Assembly (NCBI GenBank): GCA_036677065.1
Contig: JAKFBS010000011.1
Span: 64,001-128,000, forward strand
Length of the DNA stretch: 64,000 nt
Direction: 5' to 3'
Origin: Bdellovibrio sp.
GTDB taxonomy: Bacteria > Bdellovibrionota > Bdellovibrionia > Bdellovibrionales > Bdellovibrionaceae
Position 1 is the first letter of the stretch. Every line of letters starts with the position of its first letter. Positions 48,761 through 58,573 of this stretch are shown here, piece after piece. A program made the translations under genes and the position numbers. The notes under the pieces are model-generated. The model was not told where the DNA came from and did not search any database. It saw nothing but the letters and a program-made list of their open reading frames with translations.

Positions 48761-49862
48761 GGGTAAGCCTTCCGGTTAAATACTGATCAGGAGAAAAAGT
48801 CTTATGTTTCACATTTCTAAGCACTAACTTGTGCTCTAAAGCAGGAATAGAAAAATGCTGCGACCATGATAGGCCTTCGCCAGAACCAATAATTACAGGT
48901 GCGGTAAAGACATGTAAGCGATCAATCAGCCCGGCGGTTAAAAAACTAGAGTACGTTCTCGCGCCGCCTTCGATAAAGACTGATTTGATTTTTAGATTCC
49001 ATAATTGATTTAATAAATCATTTAAATCTGTGAACTTTAATGTTTGATAATCAGTCGCAACATCTTTTTGCACAGCAAAGATAATTTTATCTTTTTTATG
49101 TAAATCTAAAAATTTATAAGATTTTTTCGAAGCGAGGATTTTTCCATCAGGATCAATTACGATTAAAAAATTTTCTTTTTGAATACGTGGATGACGTACA
49201 TTTAACGAAGGATTATCAGTCTCGATTGTCTTGCGGCCGACAATCACCCCGTCGTACCATGCGCGCAGCTCATGCACGAATTCACGAGAACTTTCAGAGG
49301 TAATCCATTTACTTTCGCCGCTGGCTAAAGCAATTTGGCCATCTAAACTTTGGGCCACTTTGGCCGCGACGAAAGTTTTTTTCTCTCTGAAGTTTTTTAA
49401 AAACACTTCACAAGTGTCTTCAAGGTCTGCTTTTAATTCACCGTCGTATTCTAAACAGCTAATCCCGGCAGCGCGAATAATCTGCGCGCCTTGGCCTGCC
49501 ACTAGCGGATTTGGGTCTTCTAAACCAAACACCACTCTTTTAAGTGGCATTTTAGCGAGTGCTTTTGCGCATGACGGAGTTTTACCTTCATGAGCGCAGG
49601 GCTCTAAGGTCACATACACTTGTGCATTTTGAAGTTCGAAGTCTGTTAATTTAGAATAAGCGTCAACTTCAGCATGAGGTTCGCCGTATTTATGGTGATA
49701 ACCGCTGCTTAAGAATTTATTATTTTCATCTAGAATTACGCAACCAACGAGAGGATTCGGAGACACAAAAGGCGCACCTTTGTACGCCTCTTGAATCGCA
49801 AGCTTCATAGCCTGTTCATCAGATAAAAAATCACCTTTATGAAAAGTTATTTTTTCATCCAT
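48753..49862 (-). CDS. ribD: Riboflavin biosynthesis deaminase/reductase
   Basis: 'PNPLVG', 'HAE', 'TLEPC...TPSC', 'SLDG', 'IEGG'. Confidence 0.96.
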   Translation of the reverse strand: MDEKITFHKGDFLSDEQAMKLAIQEAYKGAPFVSPNPLVGCVILDENNKFLSSGYHHKYGEPHAEVDAYSKLTDFELQNAQVYVTLEPCAHEGKTPSCAKALAKMPLKRVVFGLEDPNPLVAGQGAQIIRAAGISCLEYDGELKADLEDTCEVFLKNFREKKTFVAAKVAQSLDGQIALASGESKWITSESSREFVHELRAWYDGVIVGRKTIETDNPSLNVRHPRIQKENFLIVIDPDGKILASKKSYKFLDLHKKDKIIFAVQKDVATDYQTLKFTDLNDLLNQLWNLKIKSVFIEGGARTYSSFLTAGLIDRLHVFTAPVIIGSGEGLSWSQHFSIPALEHKLVLRNVKHKTFSPDQYLTGRLTRD

Positions 49863-50974
49863 GACTGCCAGTATGAATTCACTTCTGTTTTTTCAATGTA
49901 AGGATCAACTTGTAACGGACGTTGCGTATCAATCATTACGGCCACTTCATCAGTGAACGTTTTAGGATTTGCGGCGGCTGCTGCAAACGCCTTTGGATGT
50001 GGCCCATGCGGCATTCCTGCCGGATGGAACGTCATCATGTTGGCGTGTAAGTTATCACGGCTAAAAAAGTTTCCAGCGTGATAAAATAACACTTCATCGT
50101 AATCAATATTTTGGTGATAGAACGGAACTTTAAGCGCGTCTTTATCTGTTTCGATAAGACGTGGTAAGAACGTACAAACCACAAAACCATTTGCAGCAAA
50201 CGTAGTGTGCGTTGACGGAGGTAAGTGTACACGATGAGACATCATCGGCATCATATCATCAATGTGAAGTGTAAATGGGAAGTAATCCCCTTTCCAAGCC
50301 ACAGTGTCATACACGCACTGATCATAAGTAAATTTTGTAACAGTGCCTGCACGGCGGATGTTGATCTCTAATGATTCAACACCGTTATCTTTTTTAAATT
50401 GATAAAGTTCTTCTAAGTTTGGTTTACCTAACGCTGCAAGATCATAGAATGCATTACGTCCGACCATGCCGCGGTCTGGTTCACGATACATTCCTACTAA
50501 TGATTCAATGATTAAGAACTGTGTGTCTTCATCAAAAATGATTGTGTGGTGTAGTGATTTAGGAATATTAACGTAGCTACCAACTTTGAATTTTAACAAT
50601 CCGTACTCAGTTAAAACTTTTCCAGAACCAGTGTGAACGAAATATAATGTTTCGCCATCAACGTTTCTTAAAGCTGGAAGAACTGTTTTACCTTTTGATA
50701 AATCAGTTTTTTTATTCCAACAAGAATAAATCACAACGTCGTTATTAAATAATAAACGATTCCATTTACCATTTTCATATTGGCACGGAACAAGATCATA
50801 CAAGTGCGGCTTTAACGGGCCTTCGATACTTGTCCAACGAGTTGGCGCTTTATCTTTTAATAAATGAGAAACTGGGCCATAAAAACCTTTGCGACCGTGC
50901 TCTTCTTCGAATTGACCTTCAGGAATCCCCTTATGGCCTTGGGTATGACTTTTACCTTGTGAATATTGATGCAT
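49847..50974 (-). CDS. hmgA: Homogentisate 1,2-dioxygenase
   Basis: 'EEEHGRKGF', 'HLPP', 'PFYHQNIDYDE', 'HPAGMPHGP'. Confidence 0.9.
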   Translation of the reverse strand: MHQYSQGKSHTQGHKGIPEGQFEEEHGRKGFYGPVSHLLKDKAPTRWTSIEGPLKPHLYDLVPCQYENGKWNRLLFNNDVVIYSCWNKKTDLSKGKTVLPALRNVDGETLYFVHTGSGKVLTEYGLLKFKVGSYVNIPKSLHHTIIFDEDTQFLIIESLVGMYREPDRGMVGRNAFYDLAALGKPNLEELYQFKKDNGVESLEINIRRAGTVTKFTYDQCVYDTVAWKGDYFPFTLHIDDMMPMMSHRVHLPPSTHTTFAANGFVVCTFLPRLIETDKDALKVPFYHQNIDYDEVLFYHAGNFFSRDNLHANMMTFHPAGMPHGPHPKAFAAAAANPKTFTDEVAVMIDTQRPLQVDPYIEKTEVNSYWQSWMKK

Positions 50975-52071
50975 TATAAATACCCTCTGGCACGTTGATC
51001 AGCTTCGATCGCGTCGAATAAGGCTTGAAAGTTTCCATTACCGAAACCATCGTGACCTTTACGTTGAATCACTTCAAAGAAAACCGGGCCGATAACGTTT
51101 TTAGTAAAGATCTGTAATAAATAACCATCATGATCGCCATCAACTAAGATCGCATTTTTTTCTAAACGCGCGATATCTTCAGAAACCATTGGTAAACGGT
51201 CTTTTAACATTCCGTAATAGGTGTGCGGCGGAGCACTTAAAAATTCCATTTGATTTTTACGTAAGTCTTCTAATGTTGGAACGATATCATCAGTGATCAT
51301 CGCGATATGCTGAATGCCTGAACCTTTATATTCATCTAAGTACTCCTGAATTTGAGACTTAGTATCTTGCGGTTCATTGATCGGTACAGAAAATAAAGAA
51401 CACGGCGAGCGCATTACTTTTGAAATTAAGCCCGTCGATTTGCCTTTGATATCGAAATAGCGCGCTTCACGAAAGTTAAAAACTTTCTCGTAGAAATCAC
51501 ACCATTTTTGCATTTCACCCTTAGGCACGTTGTTCGTGAAATGATCGATAATTTTCATGCCTAAACCCGTTGGGTGTAGGTTGTTATTATCTTTTAAACC
51601 GAAAATATTTTCATAAAGGTGTTTATGATTTTTTTCATCGATGAAATAAACTAAAGAATCACCGATGCCATAAATTGCCGGAAACGGCGTTGCGCCACGT
51701 GCAGCTTCAGAACCATCGTAAGCTTTTGCACCGCGAGCAACTGCTGTTTCAAAAGCTTTGTTAGCATCAGCTACGCGAAAACCAGAAGAGGCTACCGCTG
51801 GCCCGTGGGCTTTTGCGAAATCCATCGCGAAAGTTCCAGGCTCAGTGTTTAAAATAAAATTGATGTCACCTTGGCGGTAAAGTTTAATTTTTTTACCCGC
51901 AATTTGTGCCACTTCAACAAAGCCCATTTTTTTAAATAGATTTTCGAAGTGAACAGCGTCAGCGCCGGCATATTCTAAAAAATCTACGCCATAAAGACCG
52001 ATTGGATTTTGTTCAGTGATTTTCGCTTTTGACCAGTCGATGGTCACAGGAGTTGGAGCAAATATTGCCAT
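50974..52071 (-). CDS. hppD: 4-hydroxyphenylpyruvate dioxygenase
   Basis: 'DHFTNNV', 'GIQHIA', 'LLQIFT', 'GFGNGNFQALF'. Confidence 0.96.
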   Translation of the reverse strand: MAIFAPTPVTIDWSKAKITEQNPIGLYGVDFLEYAGADAVHFENLFKKMGFVEVAQIAGKKIKLYRQGDINFILNTEPGTFAMDFAKAHGPAVASSGFRVADANKAFETAVARGAKAYDGSEAARGATPFPAIYGIGDSLVYFIDEKNHKHLYENIFGLKDNNNLHPTGLGMKIIDHFTNNVPKGEMQKWCDFYEKVFNFREARYFDIKGKSTGLISKVMRSPCSLFSVPINEPQDTKSQIQEYLDEYKGSGIQHIAMITDDIVPTLEDLRKNQMEFLSAPPHTYYGMLKDRLPMVSEDIARLEKNAILVDGDHDGYLLQIFTKNVIGPVFFEVIQRKGHDGFGNGNFQALFDAIEADQRARGYL

Positions 52072-52148
52072 TAAAAACCTCTCTCAATTGTCTAAGATTT
52101 GCCTACGGCAAAATATTGGGTAAATCTATCAAAAGGCTTTCGACAGGG

Positions 52149-53390
52149 TCAAAGATTTTGATAGAAGTTTTGCACCAGTGGATCAACGATAAATGAGCGC
52201 GGATTCCAGCGTACAATGTGTAATCCCGAAGCATCACGAAGCCTTGAAAGTGCTACGTAAGCATGACCGGGCTCCCATAAAGCACTTAAATCGCACCACA
52301 GCTCATCCAGGGTAGCTCCCTGAGATTTATGAATCGTTGTCGCGTACGCTAAAGTGAGTGGATATTGTATGACGCTAGCTCTCGCATTACCTTCGGCATC
52401 CAGCAAAGAAAAGGTCATTTTTTCAACTTTGACTTCGCGGCCGTAGTCTTTTTTAACGATCAAATGCTGATCTTCTTCACCTACGATAATACCACGAGTG
52501 CCATTCACCCAGCGCTTTTGCATGTCGTTTTTTAAAAACATCACGCGGCAACCGATTTTGACTCGTAAAGTTTCAGGTACCGGCGATTGTTTTTTTAAAT
52601 TCGTAACAAATTTTTCTTCACCAAAATAAATGGCTTCAAAGCTCATTTCTTTTTCGCTGATTTCAGCCAATCTTTTTTGATTATAATTTTCAGACTGTTC
52701 ACGGCGCGGAAATAAACGTGTGCCCGGATGTTCTTCATCATGCGGTTTAGTGCGCTGATTTAAAAAATCTGCGACCTTCTGAGTCATGCGCCCATTACGG
52801 ATTTCAGCCAGAACATCTAAAAATTCTGAGTCTTGCACCCGCTGATTATGCTTTAATTCACAAACTTGAAATCCCGTAGCGCTCCAGACTGGATTTAAAA
52901 AGCACCAGTCTCTTTTTTGCCCAGTTTTTGTCACCGGCGGAAGCTGGCCAAAATCACCAACGGCGATCATACGCATTCCACCCCAAGGTAATTTAGAATT
53001 TCTGGCTTTTTGCGCCAAAGCTTCAGCAATCATTAAAGCATCACCGGGTATCATCGAGATTTCATCGATGATACAGCCTTCGACTTTAGCTAAACGTTTT
53101 AATATTTTGTTGTCTTTACTGGCACGCTCAAAGGTGGCGTCAGTTCCACCCTCCATAATGCCTAGACCAAAAAATGAGTGAAAAGTTCTGCCACCGAGCA
53201 GCACTGCAGCAGCGCCGGTACTGGCTAAAATTGGCATAACTTTGGGATCCAAATCTTTTGTCAGCTCTTTAACGACAAAGGATTTACCGCTGCCCGCTCC
53301 TCCTGTAAGGAACACATTTTCGCCAGATCGCAATAATTCGAGGGCGTGAGCCTGTTCTTCTGAAAGTTGGACGGATTCTGTTTTTTTCAC
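52149..53390 (-). CDS. Pif1-family (SF1B) DNA helicase
   Basis: 'GGAGSGKS', 'DEISM', 'GDFGQLPPV', 'VNGTRG', 'TIHKSQGATLD', 'YVALSR'. Confidence 0.9.
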   Translation of the reverse strand: MKKTESVQLSEEQAHALELLRSGENVFLTGGAGSGKSFVVKELTKDLDPKVMPILASTGAAAVLLGGRTFHSFFGLGIMEGGTDATFERASKDNKILKRLAKVEGCIIDEISMIPGDALMIAEALAQKARNSKLPWGGMRMIAVGDFGQLPPVTKTGQKRDWCFLNPVWSATGFQVCELKHNQRVQDSEFLDVLAEIRNGRMTQKVADFLNQRTKPHDEEHPGTRLFPRREQSENYNQKRLAEISEKEMSFEAIYFGEEKFVTNLKKQSPVPETLRVKIGCRVMFLKNDMQKRWVNGTRGIIVGEEDQHLIVKKDYGREVKVEKMTFSLLDAEGNARASVIQYPLTLAYATTIHKSQGATLDELWCDLSALWEPGHAYVALSRLRDASGLHIVRWNPRSFIVDPLVQNFYQNL

Positions 53391-53489
53391 AACAGCTATA
53401 CTAACCGTGTTATGACCTCAGTCAAAACGTAATCTCTTACCAGAAATGTTGTTGCTGCATGTCTTGGCTAGGCCTATACTGTTTCACCA

Positions 53490-53846
53490 ATGACTTACGA
53501 ATTTAAACAAAAACTACCTAACCCTAATTTTGAAAATGTCTTTGATGTCACCGCCGAAGAAGTTAGAAGCAATGCTCAAAATCTAACGTTAATCGATGTG
53601 CGCCAACCGGAAGAATACACTGGAGAACTTGGACACGTTCATAATGCTCAATTAGTGGTGTTAGGTGAAATTCCAAACCAAATTAAAAATATTCCAACCG
53701 ATAAACCGGTCGTGTTTATTTGCCGTTCTGGCATGCGCTCGGCTCAAGCCAGTGCCTACGCTTATTCGCTGGGAATCACGAATACCTACAATATGCTTGG
53801 TGGCATGTTGTTATGGAACAAACTCTCACTCCCAGTAGAAAACTAA
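53490..53846 (+). CDS. Rhodanese-like protein
   Basis: 'LIDVRQPEEY', 'GHV', 'CRSGMRS'. Confidence 0.92.
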   Translation: MTYEFKQKLPNPNFENVFDVTAEEVRSNAQNLTLIDVRQPEEYTGELGHVHNAQLVVLGEIPNQIKNIPTDKPVVFICRSGMRSAQASAYAYSLGITNTYNMLGGMLLWNKLSLPVEN

Positions 53847-53866
53847 CCAAAACAGAAAGTACCTTA

Positions 53867-55246
53867 ATGTCGACAGAAAAAGTTTACGTCAACAGAACCT
53901 TGAACCTTAAAAAAATCAAATACATCGGTCTTGATATGGATCACACTTTGGTCCGCTACAACACTGAAAATTTTGAGCGCCTTTCACACACTACAATTAT
54001 TGACAAGTTAGTGAATAAAAAAGGCTACCCTGAAATTGTTAAAAAATTCACTTTTGATTTTAATTTCGCCTTACGCGGATTAGTGATCGATCGCCAACGC
54101 GGAAATTTATTAAAATTAAATCGCTACACGGCAATTCGTAATTCATTTCACGGCTTGAAACCTTTGGATTATAAAATTCACAGAAAAATGTATCACTCTA
54201 CCTACATTGATTTATCTAAATCTGATTACTTAGCGGTTGATACAAGCTTTTCTTACTCATTAGCCCATGCTTATTCGCAATTAGTGGATTTAAAAGATAG
54301 CGATCCTACTTTGAAATTACCTGAGTACTCAATCATTGCTGATGATGTTTTAGATGCTTTAGACGAAGCTCACCGCGACGGATCTTTAAAAGATGCCGTT
54401 CGCAAAAATGTTGAACACTACATCATCAAAGATGAAAATGTTATACGTGCATTAGAAAAATATAAAAAGCATGGTAAGAAAATTTTTATCGTAACAAATT
54501 CTGAATTTCATTATTCAAAATTATTATTAGATTATGCAGTTAATCCATTTTTAAAAGATCACAAATCATGGGTTGATCTTTTTGAGTTCGTGGTTACATT
54601 TGCGCAAAAGCCTAAATTCTTCTACGAAGATGCTAGATTCTTAAGAGTAAATCCAGAAGACGGAACAATGACTAACGTTGAAGGTAAATTGACTCCGGGC
54701 GTGTACCAAGGCGGAAACGCTAAGAAATTCACTTCAACATTAGATCTTGAAGGTGATGATATCCTTTACATCGGCGATCACATTTACGGCGATATCTTAC
54801 GATTAAAGAAAGATTGTAACTGGCGTACGGCAATGATCATCGAAGAGCTAGAGCACGAGATCAAACAAAACAGAACAGCTGAACCTCTAATGGAAGAAAT
54901 TGACTCTTTAATGAAACAAAAAGAGCCATTAGAAGATCATTTAACTGATTTAATGACTCAAAAATATGAACGTTTAACAAAAGTTGATGAAACTAAAATC
55001 GACCAATTACAAAAAGGCATTGGTGATTTTGACACTCAGATCAGTCAGCTCATTAAAAAACAGCAAGCGCTTTACAACCCTAACTGGGGGCAGTTAATGC
55101 GCGCTGGAAATGAAGAAAGTTATTTTGCATATCAAATGGAACGTTATGCCTGCGTCTACATGAGTAAGGTGCAAGATCTTTTTGATCTATCACCAAGAAC
55201 TTACTTTCGAGCACCACGACGTCCACTAAGTCACGAAGTCGAATAA
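53867..55246 (+). CDS. HAD-IG family 5'-nucleotidase
   Basis: 'DMDHTL', 'VTNS', 'KP', 'YIGDHIYGDI'; ATG 53867 preferred. Confidence 0.92.
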   Translation: MSTEKVYVNRTLNLKKIKYIGLDMDHTLVRYNTENFERLSHTTIIDKLVNKKGYPEIVKKFTFDFNFALRGLVIDRQRGNLLKLNRYTAIRNSFHGLKPLDYKIHRKMYHSTYIDLSKSDYLAVDTSFSYSLAHAYSQLVDLKDSDPTLKLPEYSIIADDVLDALDEAHRDGSLKDAVRKNVEHYIIKDENVIRALEKYKKHGKKIFIVTNSEFHYSKLLLDYAVNPFLKDHKSWVDLFEFVVTFAQKPKFFYEDARFLRVNPEDGTMTNVEGKLTPGVYQGGNAKKFTSTLDLEGDDILYIGDHIYGDILRLKKDCNWRTAMIIEELEHEIKQNRTAEPLMEEIDSLMKQKEPLEDHLTDLMTQKYERLTKVDETKIDQLQKGIGDFDTQISQLIKKQQALYNPNWGQLMRAGNEESYFAYQMERYACVYMSKVQDLFDLSPRTYFRAPRRPLSHEVE

Positions 55247-55271
55247 ACACAAAAAAGGAAAAGGAAAACCT

Positions 55272-55919
55272 ATGAAAAAAACAATCACCCTAGTTATCAC
55301 TGCTGCGGCCTTAACTTTAACAGGCTGTGCTTCTGAAAACAAAAACACACAAAAAGGTGCTGGTATCGGCGCTTTAGCTGGTGCTGCTGTTGGCGCTATC
55401 ATTGGTCACCAAACTGGTAACCGCGCAAAAGGTGCTGCTGCAGGCGCATTACTTGGTGCTGGTATCGGCGGATACGCTGGTCACCGTATGGATCAACAAG
55501 CTAAAGAATTAGAAAAAATCGCTGAAACTAAACGTACTGAACAAGGTTTAGTAACTAAATTAAAAAGTGATATCTTATTTGAAACTGGTAAAGCTGATTT
55601 AAAACCAACAGCTAAAACTAATCTTAAAGAGATGGCTACAATCATGAAAAAGTACCCAGAAAACGTTTTAGCCGTTAAAGGTTACACAGACGCAACTGGT
55701 ACAGATAAAACTAACCAAACTTTATCGCAAAAACGTGCTGACGCTGTAAAAAAAGAATTAACAGCTAACGGTATTCCAACGACTGTTGTTTCAACCCAAG
55801 GTTTAGGCCCTGCTAATCCAGTCGCTGACAATGCTTCTGCTGACGGCCGCAAACAAAACCGCCGCGTAGAAATCGAAGTAACAGTAGACGAATCAAAAGT
55901 TCCTGCTGAGAAAAAATAA
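55272..55919 (+). CDS. OmpA-family lipoprotein with glycine zipper
   Basis: Lipobox LTGC; GAxxGA repeats; 'GYTD', 'LSQKRA', 'NRRVEI'. Confidence 0.93.
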   Translation: MKKTITLVITAAALTLTGCASENKNTQKGAGIGALAGAAVGAIIGHQTGNRAKGAAAGALLGAGIGGYAGHRMDQQAKELEKIAETKRTEQGLVTKLKSDILFETGKADLKPTAKTNLKEMATIMKKYPENVLAVKGYTDATGTDKTNQTLSQKRADAVKKELTANGIPTTVVSTQGLGPANPVADNASADGRKQNRRVEIEVTVDESKVPAEKK

Positions 55920-55956
55920 GGGTAACAGTTCCCTTTCTGATACGCACAGTATCAAT

Positions 55957-55990
55957 AAAAAACCCACGTCTATAAAACGTGGGTTTTTTT
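55957..55990. terminator. Bidirectional Rho-independent terminator
   Basis: AAAAAACCCACGT-CTATAAA-ACGTGGGTTTTTTT. Confidence 0.88.
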
Positions 55991-56054
55991 ATGCCTGAGT
56001 GATGATGCCAGAGCCGCTTAATAAAATCAGCGTTGCGAAAGCTACTTCTTTCAT
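55989..56054 (-). CDS. Unannotated 21-aa hydrophobic peptide MKEVAFATLILLSGSGIITQA
   Basis: SD AAGGAG 6 nt upstream of ATG; stop abuts terminator. Confidence 0.5.
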   Translation of the reverse strand: MKEVAFATLILLSGSGIITQA

Positions 56055-56160
56055 AGAAATCTCCTTGTTATAGGCATTTCTACCGCCGAATGAAATATTA
56101 ATATAATGAATAAAAGTCTATTCTGTAATAATCAAAATTAATGATTTAGCCTCGTAAACA

Positions 56161-56916
56161 CTACTTGCCTAATAGAATCATATAATCAGCATCACCTGTG
56201 ATATCCATTAATCCAATGCGTGGAGGCGGAGCTTGTTGTAGTTTTACTAAATCAATACGGCGGCGAATCGCTCGTGATTTGTTGATTATGCCACACGCCC
56301 AGGGTGAAGTTCCGGTTTTATCTTCGGTATCACACTTAAATAAAGTCTGACGCTCTTCTTCAATAACAGCCGGAAAAAATCCCAGCGAAAACGCGAAGGG
56401 TTTAAGTTGCGTAAGTTCTTGGATTTTTCCATGCGGGTTAGCCTGAATAAAATTTGTAGAATAAATGGCCGCCGTGATCACTAAAATCTTTTTATCTTTA
56501 TTGGCGTTAATTAGTTCTGCGACTTCAGCAAAATTTTCTTTTAACAGAATTTCATGAGTCATGCCGAATTCTTTTTCTATTTCTACAGCTAACATTAATT
56601 CTTTATCGACGATAACGATATCAAAAGGCCCGTTGTGCTTTTCAATTTCTTGTTTCAGCAACTGACTAAGATCAATTTGAGCTTTGTTTTCTGGTTCATA
56701 GCCGATCCAAAAATACTTTTGTTTGCCGATTTCTGTCTGTAAACTTTGTTCAATCGAAGTTGCAAATTCGGCATTATCTTTGAAGTAACTTAATTGAATT
56801 TTTGGAACTGTGGTTTGCGCATCGGCTCCCGAAAAATGAATCACCAGTGCTCCTGCCACTAGGCACAAGAGTAACGTAAACAAAATTGGGCGATAACTAG
56901 GCTTTTGTTTGTTCAT
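56161..56916 (-). CDS. Hypothetical membrane-anchored/secreted protein
   Basis: N-terminal hydrophobic segment; 251-aa ORF. Confidence 0.65.
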   Translation of the reverse strand: MNKQKPSYRPILFTLLLCLVAGALVIHFSGADAQTTVPKIQLSYFKDNAEFATSIEQSLQTEIGKQKYFWIGYEPENKAQIDLSQLLKQEIEKHNGPFDIVIVDKELMLAVEIEKEFGMTHEILLKENFAEVAELINANKDKKILVITAAIYSTNFIQANPHGKIQELTQLKPFAFSLGFFPAVIEEERQTLFKCDTEDKTGTSPWACGIINKSRAIRRRIDLVKLQQAPPPRIGLMDITGDADYMILLGK

Positions 56917-57096
56917 AGTGGGATATCCTTTATGTACGTGTATTTAAACGCTTTTGGGCAAAATACTCTATTGCGTTTGAAATAAAAAGTGTTATGTTTC
57001 GGGCATAGAGTATAGACTCTAAGTAAAGCAAATATGCTTTAAATATTTAATTGGACTTGATCGAAAGTTAGATAATCGACAGGTACCGGAGAAAAT

Positions 57097-57777
57097 ATGG
57101 AAAATGTTCTAATTATAGGCCACGGCCGACTTGCGAAGCATCTGATTCATTGGTGCGGACTATTGCAAAAAAATGTCAGTCATTGGCATCGTGCTGATGC
57201 AACAAAACCCCTTAATTTAAAAAATATCGATTATATTTGGTTAGCGATTAGCGATAACGCCTTGGTTTCTTTTTATGAAGAATCACTAAAACCTGTTTTA
57301 TCAGGCCAAAAAGTTGTGCACTTTAGCGGAACCGTGCATCACGCAGAGATGATCGCGGCGCACCCATTAATGACTTTTTCCCACGAACTTTATGATCTAG
57401 CGACTTACGGCAAAATTTATTTCGGCTTAACTGGGGCAGATTCCTTAGCAGAAGCGCTACCTGGTTTTACAAATCCAGCTTTTAAAGTGCGCGCCGAAGA
57501 TAAACCCCTTTATCACGCCCTTTGTGTGACTGCTGGCAATTTACCGCAATTAATCTGGAGCGAAACCGAAACGCAGTTCGCAGATTTGAAAATTCCAAAA
57601 GCCGCAGTTCAAAATTTCTTGCAGCAAAGTTTAACTAATTTTTTCGCTCTTGGTCCAAGTGCTGTGACTGGACCGATCGTGCGTAAAGATACGGCGACGA
57701 TTGCAAAAAATCTTTCTGCTTTAGAAAAAGTGAATTTAAAACTTAAAAATATTTACCAAAGTTTTTTACAAGGATAA
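57097..57777 (+). CDS. Rossmann-like + DUF2520 oxidoreductase (PanG-like ketopantoate reductase candidate)
   Basis: 'IIGHGRL', 'HFSG', 'HPLMTF', 'YHA', 'TGPIVR.D'; first gene of pan operon. Confidence 0.8.
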   Translation: MENVLIIGHGRLAKHLIHWCGLLQKNVSHWHRADATKPLNLKNIDYIWLAISDNALVSFYEESLKPVLSGQKVVHFSGTVHHAEMIAAHPLMTFSHELYDLATYGKIYFGLTGADSLAEALPGFTNPAFKVRAEDKPLYHALCVTAGNLPQLIWSETETQFADLKIPKAAVQNFLQQSLTNFFALGPSAVTGPIVRKDTATIAKNLSALEKVNLKLKNIYQSFLQG

Positions 57778-57781
57778 TGCC

Positions 57782-58573
57782 ATGAAAACAATTCTGGATT
57801 TTGCTAACAAAAAAGTTAAAAAAGAAAAATTCTCAATGGTCACTTGTTACGACTACGGGTTTGCAAAAATCGTGGCGGAATCAAAAGTAGACACCATTTT
57901 AGTCGGAGATTCATTAGCGCAAGTTATCCACGGCTTTCCCAACACCCTTCACGCAACGATTGAAATGATGGCGCTGCACACAGCGGCTGTGGCTCGCGGT
58001 GCCGGAAATAAATTTATCGTGGCTGATATGCCATTCATGTCGACGCGCAAAGGTTTAGAAACCGCAATGAACGATGTGCAAAAATTAATGGTCGCAGGTG
58101 CGCATGCGGTAAAAATTGAAAATGCAGACGGCCATGCTGAATTAATAAAACACATTGTTGAATCAGGTGTTCCTGTGATGGGCCATTTAGGATTAACGCC
58201 GCAATCAATTCATCAATTGGGCGGTCCTAAAATTCAAGGCCGTACCCAAAACAGTGCCGAAAAATTATTGAACGATGCTTTCATTATGGAACAAGCGGGT
58301 TGTTTTTCACTGGTGCTTGAATGTATTCCGTCAGTGTTAGCCGCAAAAGTAACTGAAAGTTTAAAAATTCCTACAATCGGAATTGGTGCTGGTATTGAAA
58401 CCGACGGCCAAGTTTTAGTATTAAACGATATGTTAGGTATGACTCCGGATTTTAGCCCAAAATTTTTAAAGAAATTTGGCCAAGGTCATGACCACACTTT
58501 AACAGCATTAAACCAATACGCTGCTGAAGTAAGTGATAAGTCATTTCCTAAACCAGAAAATGGGTATGAGTAA
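57782..58573 (+). CDS. panB: 3-methyl-2-oxobutanoate hydroxymethyltransferase
   Basis: 'LVGDSL', 'ADMPF', 'GHLGLTPQS', 'IGIGAG..DGQVLV'. Confidence 0.97.
   Translation: MKTILDFANKKVKKEKFSMVTCYDYGFAKIVAESKVDTILVGDSLAQVIHGFPNTLHATIEMMALHTAAVARGAGNKFIVADMPFMSTRKGLETAMNDVQKLMVAGAHAVKIENADGHAELIKHIVESGVPVMGHLGLTPQSIHQLGGPKIQGRTQNSAEKLLNDAFIMEQAGCFSLVLECIPSVLAAKVTESLKIPTIGIGAGIETDGQVLVLNDMLGMTPDFSPKFLKKFGQGHDHTLTALNQYAAEVSDKSFPKPENGYE

Noticed and set aside
52149..53390. Pif1 helicase as marker of a mobile element or prophage
   Set aside because: Flanked by housekeeping genes; no integrase, terminal repeats or obvious compositional shift
53720..53866. 49-aa N-terminal extension of the nucleotidase (possible fusion or frameshift with rhodanese)
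   Set aside because: Rhodanese is complete with its own stop; ATG 53867 gives a normal start; no slippery site seen
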